Positions 1 through 9,747 of a stretch of DNA of 64,000 nt are shown piece by piece (positions within the stretch are counted from its first letter, which is position 1; each line of letters starts with the position of its first letter). A program made the translations under genes and the position numbers. The stretch is from Nitrososphaerota archaeon (GTDB lineage: Archaea; Thermoproteota; Nitrososphaeria_A; Caldarchaeales; Calditenuaceae), in contig JAWBQR010000007.1 of NCBI GenBank assembly GCA_038845265.1, positions 1-64,000 on the forward strand, in the 5' to 3' direction. The notes beneath the pieces are model-generated. The model had not been told where the DNA came from, ran no database searches, and saw only the letters and a list, made by a program, of their open reading frames with translations.

Positions 1-1
1 G

Positions 2-115
2 CCAAACGAACTAATGGTCGGGATGGAGGTTGAGGCTGTGGTCAGAAAAATAACACATGACGGCCAGTCAGGATTAATTATTTATGGATACAAATTTAGG
101 CCGCGAATCACGTAA
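2..115 (+). CDS. Partial (3' end) DUF35-family Zn-ribbon/OB-fold protein
   Basis: Manual translation of frame 2 gives PNELMVGMEVEAVVRKITHDGQSGLIIYGYKFRPRIT*. VGMEVEAVxRK...GLIxYGYKFRP is typical of the archaeal DUF35 C-terminus. Confidence 0.75.
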   Translation, partial: PNELMVGMEVEAVVRKITHDGQSGLIIYGYKFRPRIT

Positions 116-169
116 AAACATTTACATGATTAAATTTAATTAATAGCATATTATGATTTATAGGATAAA

Positions 170-883
170 ATGAGCAACATAATAGAAGTCGAGAATCTAA
201 ACGCTGGGTATGGAAATACTCACATACTCTTTGATGTATCATTAAATGTTGATGAAGGCACGATCTGCGCTATACTTGGTCCGAACGGCAGTGGAAAGTC
301 CACGGTTTTAAAGACTATATTTGGTTTGACGAATGTCTATAGTGGCTCCATTAGGTTTAAGGGACAAGACATCACCGGCATGAAGCCATATAAGATTGCT
401 AGGCTTGGAATAGCATATTTACCACAAGTCGAAAGTGTATACCTTAACCTCAATGTTAGAGAAAATTTAATGATGGCTGGCTACATTCTTCAGAAAGACG
501 AACTTGAAGATAGAATAAAATACGTATTAGAAGTTTTCCCAATGCTGAAAGATTACATGGAGAGAAAACTAATTACATTAAGTGGAGGTGAACGTCAGAT
601 CGTCGTAATGGCAATGGCGTTAATCAGGGAGCCTTCTTTAATGATGTTTGACGAGCCGACCGCACATCTAGCACCAAAAATTGCTAATCAAATCTTTGAA
701 AAAATAAAAGAATTAAATAAAAATCTCAACATTACAGTCATCATCGTGGAGCAAAATGTTAAAAAAGCATTAGAAGAAAGTGACACTGCATATCTTTTGG
801 TTTCTGGCAGAATAAACTATCATGGTCCATCAAAAGACCTTCTAGCAAATGAAAAATTCGGAAAACTATTCCTGGGTCTCTAG
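170..883 (+). CDS. livF: Branched-chain amino acid ABC transporter ATPase (LivF-like)
   Basis: Walker A GPNGSGKS, LSGGERQ signature, FDEPT, VEQN. Confidence 0.88.
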   Translation: MSNIIEVENLNAGYGNTHILFDVSLNVDEGTICAILGPNGSGKSTVLKTIFGLTNVYSGSIRFKGQDITGMKPYKIARLGIAYLPQVESVYLNLNVRENLMMAGYILQKDELEDRIKYVLEVFPMLKDYMERKLITLSGGERQIVVMAMALIREPSLMMFDEPTAHLAPKIANQIFEKIKELNKNLNITVIIVEQNVKKALEESDTAYLLVSGRINYHGPSKDLLANEKFGKLFLGL

Positions 884-1897
884 TCTTAATATTTTTCTCA
901 CGTATTCGTTTAACCTTACAGGTTTTTCAGGGAAAATTCCCTGCGGCCTGAAAATTAAAGTCGCTGCAAGCATTATTGCTAATAGTATTGGTTCAAACCA
1001 TACAACATTAAACGGTAGAAACCAGAAATAATGCTTTGCCACAATCATGATTCTTCTCATAATTACTAATCCAAAGGTTCCGAGAAATACGCCGATGTTG
1101 TTTCCAGTCCCCCCTATTATCATCATGAGCCATGGCCAGAATGAAAAGTCTACACGAGTATAACCACCCACCACTACTGCTCCCATCAAGAACGCATGCA
1201 AAACACCCGCTAATCCAAGTATTGTAAATGAAAATGCAAGTGTGTCCCTTTTAATTTTGTCTGTATTCTTTCCTATCGATTTTGCTGTTAACTCATTTTC
1301 ACGAATGCTTCTAAGTAACCTTCCCAATGGTGAGTTACACATTCTCTCATAAATAATTATTACTCCTATAGTTACTAATATTGCGAATAATGCCATTCCA
1401 TAATACGAGTAGCTCCCTAACCACCAGAAAGGATTAATAATTGTTATTCCCATAACTCCTCCCGCAAGCCAATCAGTCTGCATACCAATCACTCTAAGAC
1501 TCTCACCAGCACACAGCATAAAAAGTGCAAGATAATCCGCAGGAAGTCTTAACGAAGGATAGGCACTTAGAAAACCAGCCACATAGCTTAACGCCAACGC
1601 AACAACAAGCGTAATTGCTAAAAGCATAATCGACATTAATGGATCTGCTGAAAGCTTGGTTCTCAGCATACTAATAACTGCAGCATTATTTGCCGAAAAA
1701 TCAAGTCTAGAATCTATTCCATATATTATCATAGCTAACCTGCCGGGAAGATATGCCGTCACAATTGCGCCTATTATTATTGGAAAATAGAGCCCAAGAT
1801 TGAATATTCCAGTATAACCATGCTGAAAATTCAGTGATAAAGTTATTATCACATATATGCAGAAGAAAGTGAGTATGTCAAGGGCAAGCTCGATCAT
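866..1897 (-). CDS. livM: Branched-chain amino acid ABC transporter permease (LivM-like)
   Basis: Multi-TM; GYTGIFNLG, SPLGRLLRSIRENE, IIGGTGN, FRPQGI motifs. Confidence 0.85.
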   Translation of the reverse strand: MIELALDILTFFCIYVIITLSLNFQHGYTGIFNLGLYFPIIIGAIVTAYLPGRLAMIIYGIDSRLDFSANNAAVISMLRTKLSADPLMSIMLLAITLVVALALSYVAGFLSAYPSLRLPADYLALFMLCAGESLRVIGMQTDWLAGGVMGITIINPFWWLGSYSYYGMALFAILVTIGVIIIYERMCNSPLGRLLRSIRENELTAKSIGKNTDKIKRDTLAFSFTILGLAGVLHAFLMGAVVVGGYTRVDFSFWPWLMMIIGGTGNNIGVFLGTFGLVIMRRIMIVAKHYFWFLPFNVVWFEPILLAIMLAATLIFRPQGIFPEKPVRLNEYVRKILRLETQE

Positions 1898-1901
1898 AGT
1901 T

Positions 1902-2804
1902 TTATCCTCCCCTAAACTTCTGCAGTAATCCAGCTATACCAGAGGGCATCTTAACCAAGGCTATAGCTGCAATCAACATCGATATGACAGCCCTATACGC
2001 CCATATCCACGGCAAATAAATTGATAATAGATATGTTACTATAATCTCGGAAAAGGCGATAAGGAAGCCTCCTAAAAGGCTGCCATAAATGCTTCTCAGA
2101 CCGCCGACAACACAGGCTGCAAAAATACTAATAAACATCCTCGCGCCAACCCATGGATCCATTGCAAACCAAATAGGATAAAGAGAACCACTTAAACCAG
2201 CAATACCCCCTACGAAAAACCATGCAATAGAAAGCACCTTTTCAGTATCTATTCCATGAACACCAGCTAAGTTATAATTTTCCATAACTGCACGCATAGC
2301 GATCCCAAACTTTGTTTTTATAAGTATAAATGTAAAGAACACTACTAGACCTATTGAAGTTGCTGCAGAAATGAATAACACTGCAGGGAGCGAAAAAATC
2401 TTAAAATCATATTCCGAAAGCGCAAAAGAACCCGCATATAACTTGAAAACTTGCGCAAGATAATCCGCATAGATATTCATACCTGCATATATTATGAGGT
2501 CAAATACAATCGTAGCCATCATTAGACCAACGATGGAGGTGCCTCTATTACGAAGATAACTAACCAACTTATATAACATGAAACTTATGATTCCTCCTAA
2601 AAGAAATGCAAAAGGCATAGATATGTATGGCACTAATCCCATTAATGAAAAAGTCAATGTTAAATAAGTAGATGCAAATGCTATCGTGGCATAAGCTAGA
2701 TTAGGAACACTTAAAGTAATATATTGTAGTGTAAATCCCATTGCAAGTATACTTAAAATAAATGAATACACAAGAGCAGTGAGAACTATCGGTATCGGTA
2801 TCAT
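1902..2804 (-). CDS. livH: Branched-chain amino acid ABC transporter permease (LivH-like)
   Basis: Multi-TM; KTKFGIAMRAVMEN, VVGGLRSIYGSLLGG. Confidence 0.85.
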   Translation of the reverse strand: MIPIPIVLTALVYSFILSILAMGFTLQYITLSVPNLAYATIAFASTYLTLTFSLMGLVPYISMPFAFLLGGIISFMLYKLVSYLRNRGTSIVGLMMATIVFDLIIYAGMNIYADYLAQVFKLYAGSFALSEYDFKIFSLPAVLFISAATSIGLVVFFTFILIKTKFGIAMRAVMENYNLAGVHGIDTEKVLSIAWFFVGGIAGLSGSLYPIWFAMDPWVGARMFISIFAACVVGGLRSIYGSLLGGFLIAFSEIIVTYLLSIYLPWIWAYRAVISMLIAAIALVKMPSGIAGLLQKFRGG

Positions 2805-2810
2805 CTCCTT

Positions 2811-3614
2811 TCACACCAAATATACTTCATACAACTCACTTTTCTCTACAATCTCTTCCGGTGTACCTGATGCAACTACATTACCCCTTGAAAGAACATA
2901 CACTAAGTCAACATATTTCATCGCAATGTCTAGTCTATGCTCAATAATTAAAAAGCTTGTCCCAAATTCGTTTCTGATATTTACTATGTGAGAAAATATG
3001 CTATTAGCTAGAACGGGATTGACACCGCCTATCGGCTCATCAAGCAACATCATCTTTGAGTTTAACATTAAAAGTCTACCAAGTTCAAGCAACTTAAGCT
3101 GCCCGCCACTAAGCTCACAAGCTAGATTATCAGCCTTGTCATCAAGGCCGATAACCCTCAAAACCTTATGCATTCTTTCTAATGTTCTTCTCTCAAAGTC
3201 TCTCCAATTCTTCCTATTTATTGATGACAGAAAATTTTCGCCTGGATTATTCTGACCACACAAGAGAAGATTCTCAGCAACAGTCATCCTCATAAATGGT
3301 TGAGGAATCTGGAAACTCCGGCCAAGACCAAGTTTTACTGTTTCATGAATGGGCAGCCCTGTAATATTTCTGCCATCAAATATTATTTCTCCCTCGTCAG
3401 GAATGTAGATCCCTGTTATACAATTTATCAACGTAGTCTTACCACTACCATTCGGGCCTATTAGTAAGGCTATGGCTTTCCTAGGTATAGCTAAAGAAAC
3501 ATTTTGAAGAGCATAAAAATTACCGAATTTTTTCGAGACGTTCTTAATTTTTAAGATCGGTTCGTCTTCTATCGAAACACTACTTTGACCAAGTGATTGA
3601 GTCTGTGACGCCAT
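2811..3614 (-). CDS. livG: Branched-chain amino acid ABC transporter ATPase (LivG-like); true start probably slightly downstream
   Basis: GPNGSGKTT, RSFQIP, LSGGQ, LLDEP, IEH. Confidence 0.88.
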   Translation of the reverse strand: MASQTQSLGQSSVSIEDEPILKIKNVSKKFGNFYALQNVSLAIPRKAIALLIGPNGSGKTTLINCITGIYIPDEGEIIFDGRNITGLPIHETVKLGLGRSFQIPQPFMRMTVAENLLLCGQNNPGENFLSSINRKNWRDFERRTLERMHKVLRVIGLDDKADNLACELSGGQLKLLELGRLLMLNSKMMLLDEPIGGVNPVLANSIFSHIVNIRNEFGTSFLIIEHRLDIAMKYVDLVYVLSRGNVVASGTPEEIVEKSELYEVYLV

Positions 3615-4842
3615 CGTAGAACCCTATGATTTTCCAGTCTATTTTACCGTTTTCTTTAACGACTTGATAAAGGTTATATGTCGGGTATTTCCTATCACCG
3701 TTCTCGTTTAGAGTTGTCCAGCCACCTACTCCAAAGTACATATCAGCGACCCTGGGCAATACATTGTAGATAGCTTCACCATCATATTTTTCAGCTAAGA
3801 GTATGGAGAGAGCAGCTATCCAAAGACAGTCATAGATATTTACTGCGGTGAAGTATGGCTCATACCCCGCCTTATTCTTATACCTAGTCGAAAAGTCAAT
3901 ATATTTTGGCGAGACTGCGGGTCCAAAGGCATATGCGGTGAATCTTACCTGTGCACATATATCTCCAGCATACTCGATGTATCCTGATGCTCCTCCACTG
4001 TCTGAGTCAAATACTCTAAACTTCATTAAGTCTGGATATTTTGCAAGACTCGTGAGCATCGGAATGATTGGCCCATATGTCCCGAACAGGAAAAGCCCAA
4101 CTTCATTGACTGAGTATTTCTTTAGTGCTTCTTTTGCCTTTGCATCTATTGTCGAGAATTCACCGATGAATTCTTTCTTTTCAGGATCAACACCTAAGGA
4201 CTCAATGATTTCTATTCCGCTATTCCTCCACATGGGCTCGCATTCTTTCCATAGTCCCTCTGCGTATGCCTCCTTAGCATAGACAACAATTACCGCCTTT
4301 AATCCTAGGTCTATGGACATTCTTCTTATTGCGAGCGCCTGTCTAGTGTCATCAGGCTGTAGCCTGAACAGGTAGTCGCCCGGAAGAGATAAGGCTGGAG
4401 ACGAGGAGCTTTGACTGAGCAGTACTACTTTTCTCTCGTTTGCTAGGGGCAGTACAGCCTTACAGTGAGAGCTCCATTCCGATCCGACGATTATTTTTAC
4501 TCCTTGTCCAATTAGTGTCTGAGCCCTCTCGACGGCTTTGGTTGCTGATTCTTCGGCGTTCTCTGATAGGAACTTGAATCTGACGTCTATGCCTACTTGT
4601 TTGCAGAAGTTGTTTATGTCTTCTTGAGCCATCTCGATGGCGGGCGCCTCTGGTCCAACTTCTATCGGTGCTGCATGTAGTATTCCGATTGGGATCTCTC
4701 CTGAAAGTGCTGCCTTTCCTACTGCTGGTGCCGCTGCCTGCGCGCCGAGGTATCCTGCTATTCCTCCTACTGCTAGGCCTGCTACTGTTCCGGCTGCTAC
4801 CTTAACGAAGTCTCTTCTTTTGACTTCTTGTTGCTGTCCCAT
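3580..4842 (-). CDS. ABC substrate-binding protein (LivJ/LivK family), Tat-exported
   Basis: KRRDFVK twin-arginine signal; SSSPALS..GDYLFRLQPDD..Q; operon context. Confidence 0.85.
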   Translation of the reverse strand: MGQQQEVKRRDFVKVAAGTVAGLAVGGIAGYLGAQAAAPAVGKAALSGEIPIGILHAAPIEVGPEAPAIEMAQEDINNFCKQVGIDVRFKFLSENAEESATKAVERAQTLIGQGVKIIVGSEWSSHCKAVLPLANERKVVLLSQSSSSPALSLPGDYLFRLQPDDTRQALAIRRMSIDLGLKAVIVVYAKEAYAEGLWKECEPMWRNSGIEIIESLGVDPEKKEFIGEFSTIDAKAKEALKKYSVNEVGLFLFGTYGPIIPMLTSLAKYPDLMKFRVFDSDSGGASGYIEYAGDICAQVRFTAYAFGPAVSPKYIDFSTRYKNKAGYEPYFTAVNIYDCLWIAALSILLAEKYDGEAIYNVLPRVADMYFGVGGWTTLNENGDRKYPTYNLYQVVKENGKIDWKIIGFYDGVTDSITWSK

Positions 4843-4971
4843 TCCTTTCTACCTCAAAGTGTTATATTATTATTATTAGGAGGTATTTATTTCTTTAGGT
4901 TTGGGTTTTTGTGTTTGTGTTTTGTGCATCCTCAAATATTGGTTTGTTGTTTTTAGTTTGGGTATTGGTGT

Positions 4972-5643
4972 ATGGATGGTGGGTTTTTGGGTGCTAGGGA
5001 TCGGGTGTTGCTGAGTGGTACGACGACTGTTGGGTTTGTTGGGCGTGATTTTGTGGTGTTTGCGACGGATACGAGGGCTACTGCTGGGTTTTTTGTGGCT
5101 CATAGGAAGACTAGGAAGCTTCATAGGATTGCTGATCATATTGCTTTGACTATTGCTGGTCGTGTTGCTGATGCGCAGTCGATGATTGATATTTTGAGGG
5201 CTAATGTGAGGCATTATGAGGTTACTTGGGGTAGGAGGATGGAGGTTAGGGCTCTTGCGGCTCTTGCGTCTACGTTTATGTTTACTTATAGGTATTTTCC
5301 GTTTCAGACTCAGTTGTTGCTGGGTGGTGTGGATAGTTCTGGTCCTCATTTGTTTAGTATTGATTTCTTTGGTGGCGTGACTGAGGAGAGGGTTGTTGCT
5401 ACGGGTTCTGGTTCTCCTGTTGCTCTTGGTGTGTTGGAGAGTGAGTATCGCTCGGATTTGTCGCTTGATGATGCTGTGAGGCTTGCGTTTAAGTCTGTTG
5501 CGGCTGCGATTAGGCGTGATATTGGTTCTGGTGACAGTATTGATGTGGCGTATGTTTCTCAGGCGGCTATGTATAGGGAGTTGACGAGGGAGGAGAAGGC
5601 TCCGCTTTATGATCTGTATGTTAAGCCGTATTTATTGACCTAG
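4972..5643 (+). CDS. psmB: Proteasome beta subunit
   Basis: Propeptide then G|TTTVG catalytic Thr; DTRATAG, AGRVADAQ, ATGSGS, RDIGSG. Confidence 0.95.
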   Translation: MDGGFLGARDRVLLSGTTTVGFVGRDFVVFATDTRATAGFFVAHRKTRKLHRIADHIALTIAGRVADAQSMIDILRANVRHYEVTWGRRMEVRALAALASTFMFTYRYFPFQTQLLLGGVDSSGPHLFSIDFFGGVTEERVVATGSGSPVALGVLESEYRSDLSLDDAVRLAFKSVAAAIRRDIGSGDSIDVAYVSQAAMYRELTREEKAPLYDLYVKPYLLT

Positions 5644-6083
5644 AGTGTTTTTAGTGCTTCATAGTCTGTCTGTGGTATTGGTTTTAGTGTTCCTTGGAAG
5701 TATGCGTACCATTTGGATTTGTTCTTTATGAATGATAGTTTGGCTGCTGCTTTTTCGGCTTCTTTTGGTTTTTCCCATAGTTTTCCATCTATCGTGAAGT
5801 AGCTGTCTGAGAGTGTTGAGGGATAGCCCTCTAGGAGTTTCTTATGGGCTAGGTCTAGCGGCATGGGCTTGGAAGTTACTGTACATTCGCCCGCAAAGAC
5901 CCTAGCCTCTCGTCCAGTCGCGAGAAATACTCCGATATCTCCTGGATTTATTTTTTTCACGTATGGATTCTTGCTACTGATGCTCCAGAATCCGTATTTT
6001 ACACGGTTGTTTAATACCTCTAATGCTGATATGTCTCGCTTATCTGCAGATCTATGATCCTTGACTACTAAAATCCAGTACAT
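5640..6083 (-). CDS. EVE (PUA-like) domain protein; start trimmed to MYWILVV
   Basis: N-terminal MYWI, KKINPGDIGVFL, LSFIKNKSKW..YFQG..KPI...DY pattern. Confidence 0.7.
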   Translation of the reverse strand: MYWILVVKDHRSADKRDISALEVLNNRVKYGFWSISSKNPYVKKINPGDIGVFLATGREARVFAGECTVTSKPMPLDLAHKKLLEGYPSTLSDSYFTIDGKLWEKPKEAEKAAAKLSFIKNKSKWYAYFQGTLKPIPQTDYEALKTL

Positions 6084-6350
6084 GGTTGTTCTAGTATTTA
6101 TGGATGTATATATTTTTTGTTTATTTGTATTGAGAATTCGTCTAATAGTTGTTAAGCAGTGAGGAAAAAATGAAAAATTGCTTAACACTTCTGATATATT
6201 TACTGCTCGTGATGGTTGTACATAATTAGTAGTCATCGTCAATTTCATTCTCTACAATATTATTTATCAAGCCATGTTTATGTAGCTTCAGACATAAATA
6301 ATTAATTATCTCAAAGTTGTTTAAAGACACGTTAATGAATAAAATATAAG

Positions 6351-9056
6351 TTGTGGATTGCTTATTTTACTGGTAAAATAATGGCTGTGCCTGTGTTGTT
6401 AATTTCGTTAATGGTTAGTTTTTTGATAAATTTTAGCGGCGGTGTTATTATGCAAGGAGACTATTATTTGTCGTCTGCGCAGCTATTTTCTTTAAGCACT
6501 TTTGATGATGAAAATTTTACCGATGTTCGTCCCGCAGTTATTATTGATGATGCGAGACGTATGTACAGTGATTTTTCTTCATCCGGGCATGTAGAATTTG
6601 ATGAATACTATAATCAGATAGATGATCCTAGGCCGGGTTTCTGGGAGACTAGTGAATACATGATGGGACGCGTCGGTGTATTAGTGATATTTGTTGAGAG
6701 TAATGGAAGCGTGGATCCAGACATAGAGAGGTGGGACGAGTGGCGCATGGATCTTGTTATGAGGGAAGTGAAGAATGGTCTGTCCTGGTGGGTGACTAAT
6801 TATCCATACGATGAGCCTCCGCTGGAGTTTTTGGTGAATAGGGCTGTCGGATATACGAGTTATGAGCCGATTATTAGGAACAGTACTGATGAGTCATTAT
6901 GGATTCCTGAAGTTCTCGCGAGTATTAAGTGTGGGAGCGGCGAGAATTATTATCTACATGCTGTAAGCTGTGCAAATGAAATAAGAAGTGAGCTTGGTAC
7001 GGATTGGGCCTTCTTGATATTTGTTGTTGATAGTTTGAAGGACGATGATGGAATGTTTGTTAATACTCCGACATTTGCCTATGCTTATTTGAATGGTCCA
7101 TTCATGGTCGTTACTTATGATAATGATAATTGGGGAATAGAGAGGATGGATAGAATCATTGCGCATGAGACTGGACATATCTTTGGAGCTACAGATGAAT
7201 ATGATGAGACACCGCAGAATGGTGGATATCTATACGAGCAGGACAGTGATGGCTCAAGATGCATTATGGATAATAATAATTGGTGCATCTCAGATGGGAC
7301 TCGGCGACAGATAGGCTGGGTTGATGACAATAATAATGGATATCCAGATATACTTGAAAACGAGTTGTCCCTCACTATTGAAGATGGGCCCCCAAAGATT
7401 ACTGATAACGACTTAATAAGATTAGGGGGAACTGTTAGGCTGATTCCCTATCCCTGCCGCCGACCATATTGTAGAAGCGTTACGATAAATAAAATAACAC
7501 CGATTGAATATATTGGAGACTTATATGCAGTCGATGGAAAATTTGATTCGGCGGTTGAGAGATTCGTCTTAATTTATAACGCGTCAGTTCCAGGCTGGCA
7601 TGAAATTTTAATCCGCTTCACTGATGCTCTAAGAAACTTATCCACTTCCTATAACCAGACAATACTCTATACATACATAGTGGTGACGGATACTCGTGGG
7701 CCGAGAACTGGAAGGGTAGATGTTGGGGAGTTACAAAATGTTGATTTTCTGCTAAGATGGGCGCATGACTATAGCCCGGTCTATTCTGGCGATGTAGTGA
7801 TAAATGGTTTGCCAGCCGTGAATAAGGGTGATGGATGGTTCGGCATAACAATTACTAAGAATGATGTGGGGAAAATATTTGTTAATGTGGATTATGCGAG
7901 TGCAGAACTACGTATAGATGAGGAGAAAGCATTGATACGGAAATTTTTAATGACGACAATGCCGATCGACATTATTTTTGACAGGGTAGTCGTTTATCTT
8001 TTACCTATTAGGGAAAGGATTGATGTTGGTAGTTATGCGGAAATTAGTTACCTTGCTTATTATGAATATGATCATAATGAGTTCCGAGGCTCCCTGCTAT
8101 TTAATCAGCCGTTAAGGCAGTTTAACGTGGGAAAATATACATACACCGTCGTTGATATAAGCGATGAATTATATGGGCTTAAAAAATTTGTGACCAACTC
8201 GATAGATATAGTTTTTGACAAAGTAGTAGTTGTTCTGAGCGCTCCGAAGACGAGGATAGATGTCGGCTCTACTGCAGAAGTCATCATAGATGCGAGATAT
8301 GCCTATGACTCCGAGCCTTTTGTCGGTGAGGTGCATTTATCCGAGCCTCTGACACATTTCGAGAGTGGGAAATACATCTATCGGGTAAGCGGGATACGTG
8401 ATGAAAAGCACGGCTTATCTATGTTTGAATCTAACGAAGCTGAAATAATTTTTGATAAGGTAATCATAACGTTGCATGCTCCTCCGAGGGTTCAGGCCGG
8501 CAAGCCAGCCCCCATAGAATACTCCGCATACTATGAGTATGATGGAGAAAAATTCATAGGCGAAGTTCTTCTCAACAGGGATGCCACATCATTAGTAGTA
8601 GAGAAGGCCGAGTTCTATGTTTCAGAAATCATCGATAATCTTTACGGCCTGAAGAGCTTCAGCAGCAACAAGGTAGAAGTAATCTTCGACTCGTTAACTC
8701 ATAGGCTCAATATTGACACGATGACGCCATTCTCAGCAAAAATCTGTGTCCTTCTTAATTACATTTCAGATGGTTCGCCAGTCACTGATGCAGAAGTCTT
8801 AGTTAATGATGCTGAAATGACTATGACTTCTCCAGGCGAGTATCAGCACAGCATTGTTACCTTATCACCTATACTGGACATTAAAACATTTGCGAGAGCC
8901 AACTACTTCGACCCATACATCATAGAGACAAGAACACTCATGGTAGGAAACATTATCCTATATGTCGGAGCCGCTACGTTAATCATTGTCTTCACATCTC
9001 TAGCGGCCCATAGGAGACGCATAGTCTCGAAGAAGGGCCAATTTCTAATAAACTAA
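6351..9056 (+). CDS. Large secreted, membrane-anchored zinc metallopeptidase with C-terminal beta-rich repeats
   Basis: N-terminal hydrophobic signal, HETGHIFGATDEY zinc motif, CIM Met-turn, three ~79-aa repeats, C-terminal TM helix with basic tail. Confidence 0.75.
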   Translation: MWIAYFTGKIMAVPVLLISLMVSFLINFSGGVIMQGDYYLSSAQLFSLSTFDDENFTDVRPAVIIDDARRMYSDFSSSGHVEFDEYYNQIDDPRPGFWETSEYMMGRVGVLVIFVESNGSVDPDIERWDEWRMDLVMREVKNGLSWWVTNYPYDEPPLEFLVNRAVGYTSYEPIIRNSTDESLWIPEVLASIKCGSGENYYLHAVSCANEIRSELGTDWAFLIFVVDSLKDDDGMFVNTPTFAYAYLNGPFMVVTYDNDNWGIERMDRIIAHETGHIFGATDEYDETPQNGGYLYEQDSDGSRCIMDNNNWCISDGTRRQIGWVDDNNNGYPDILENELSLTIEDGPPKITDNDLIRLGGTVRLIPYPCRRPYCRSVTINKITPIEYIGDLYAVDGKFDSAVERFVLIYNASVPGWHEILIRFTDALRNLSTSYNQTILYTYIVVTDTRGPRTGRVDVGELQNVDFLLRWAHDYSPVYSGDVVINGLPAVNKGDGWFGITITKNDVGKIFVNVDYASAELRIDEEKALIRKFLMTTMPIDIIFDRVVVYLLPIRERIDVGSYAEISYLAYYEYDHNEFRGSLLFNQPLRQFNVGKYTYTVVDISDELYGLKKFVTNSIDIVFDKVVVVLSAPKTRIDVGSTAEVIIDARYAYDSEPFVGEVHLSEPLTHFESGKYIYRVSGIRDEKHGLSMFESNEAEIIFDKVIITLHAPPRVQAGKPAPIEYSAYYEYDGEKFIGEVLLNRDATSLVVEKAEFYVSEIIDNLYGLKSFSSNKVEVIFDSLTHRLNIDTMTPFSAKICVLLNYISDGSPVTDAEVLVNDAEMTMTSPGEYQHSIVTLSPILDIKTFARANYFDPYIIETRTLMVGNIILYVGAATLIIVFTSLAAHRRRIVSKKGQFLIN
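7977..8687 (+). repeat. Three tandem ~79-codon domain repeats within the metallopeptidase
   Basis: FD-start motifs at 7977, 8214, 8451 and 8685 (237, 237, 234 bp apart); repeated FDKVVV.L...RIDVGS.A...A.Y.YD...F.G...DE.YGL..F.SN. Confidence 0.85.
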
Positions 9057-9085
9057 ATAAGCATCTTTCAGACTCTTTATATCGT

Positions 9086-9382
9086 ATGCCTGAAGAGATC
9101 ACCTTGGAGGAGTATAAGAAAGCATTCAGAGATATGGAGATGGAAGATGCGAAGCGGGGATTCATAGCTCACCTAATCACATACATACTGGTCAATGCAA
9201 TGCTAGTCGTAATAAATCTCGTATACACACGTGAAGTCATCTGGTTCTTCTTCCCCTTGATCGGCTGGGGCATAGTCCTGATATTCCACTACATCGGTGC
9301 GACATACTGGCTTAGAAGGGAACTACTGGATAAGGAGGCAAAGGCAGAATACAGGGCAAGAATGGCCAAAAGGAAGACATGA
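9086..9382 (+). CDS. 2TM domain protein
   Basis: RGFIAHLITYILVN...WFFFPLIGWGI.L.FH pattern. Confidence 0.75.
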   Translation: MPEEITLEEYKKAFRDMEMEDAKRGFIAHLITYILVNAMLVVINLVYTREVIWFFFPLIGWGIVLIFHYIGATYWLRRELLDKEAKAEYRARMAKRKT

Positions 9383-9449
9383 CCAGATATATTACTTTAA
9401 GCCGGATTATTTGCACGCTTATATCTGAGGCTGAGAATATATTTACAGC

Positions 9450-9740
9450 TTGAAGCCCTGCAGCTCCTGCGGCGCCTGGATGCCTGACGAGGCGATGTTC
9501 TGCATTTACTGCGGATCCTCTCTAACAGTAAAGACCTCTGCGCAGGAGCTCTATCGTTGCTACTATCATCCAGACCGCTTCGCTGCCTATAGATGCAGCA
9601 TCTGTGGAAAGATGATCTGCAAGTCCTGTAAGTATCAATACACTGATAGGGACGTGTGTAGGGTCTGCTACATCAAGGAGGTTATCCCAACAATGGTTAT
9701 GGATAAAGTGAGATGGACAGTCAAGGAGACTGAGGAATAA
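9450..9740 (+). CDS. Zinc-ribbon plus B-box-like zinc finger protein
   Basis: CSSCG...FCIYCG and CYYHPDR...CSICGKMICKSC...CRVC. Confidence 0.7.
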   Translation: MKPCSSCGAWMPDEAMFCIYCGSSLTVKTSAQELYRCYYHPDRFAAYRCSICGKMICKSCKYQYTDRDVCRVCYIKEVIPTMVMDKVRWTVKETEE

Positions 9741-9747
9741 GGAATTC

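Noticed and set aside
4865-4878. (TAT)n microsatellite in the divergent promoter region
   Set aside because: Only four to five units in AT-rich intergenic DNA; too short to support phase variation.
4876-5349. 157-aa K/P/T/H-rich ORF antisense to psmB
   Set aside because: A shadow ORF produced by the G+T skew of the opposite strand.
5640-6083. EVE protein as part of a modification-dependent restriction system
   Set aside because: It is stand-alone, with no adjacent nuclease or ATPase.
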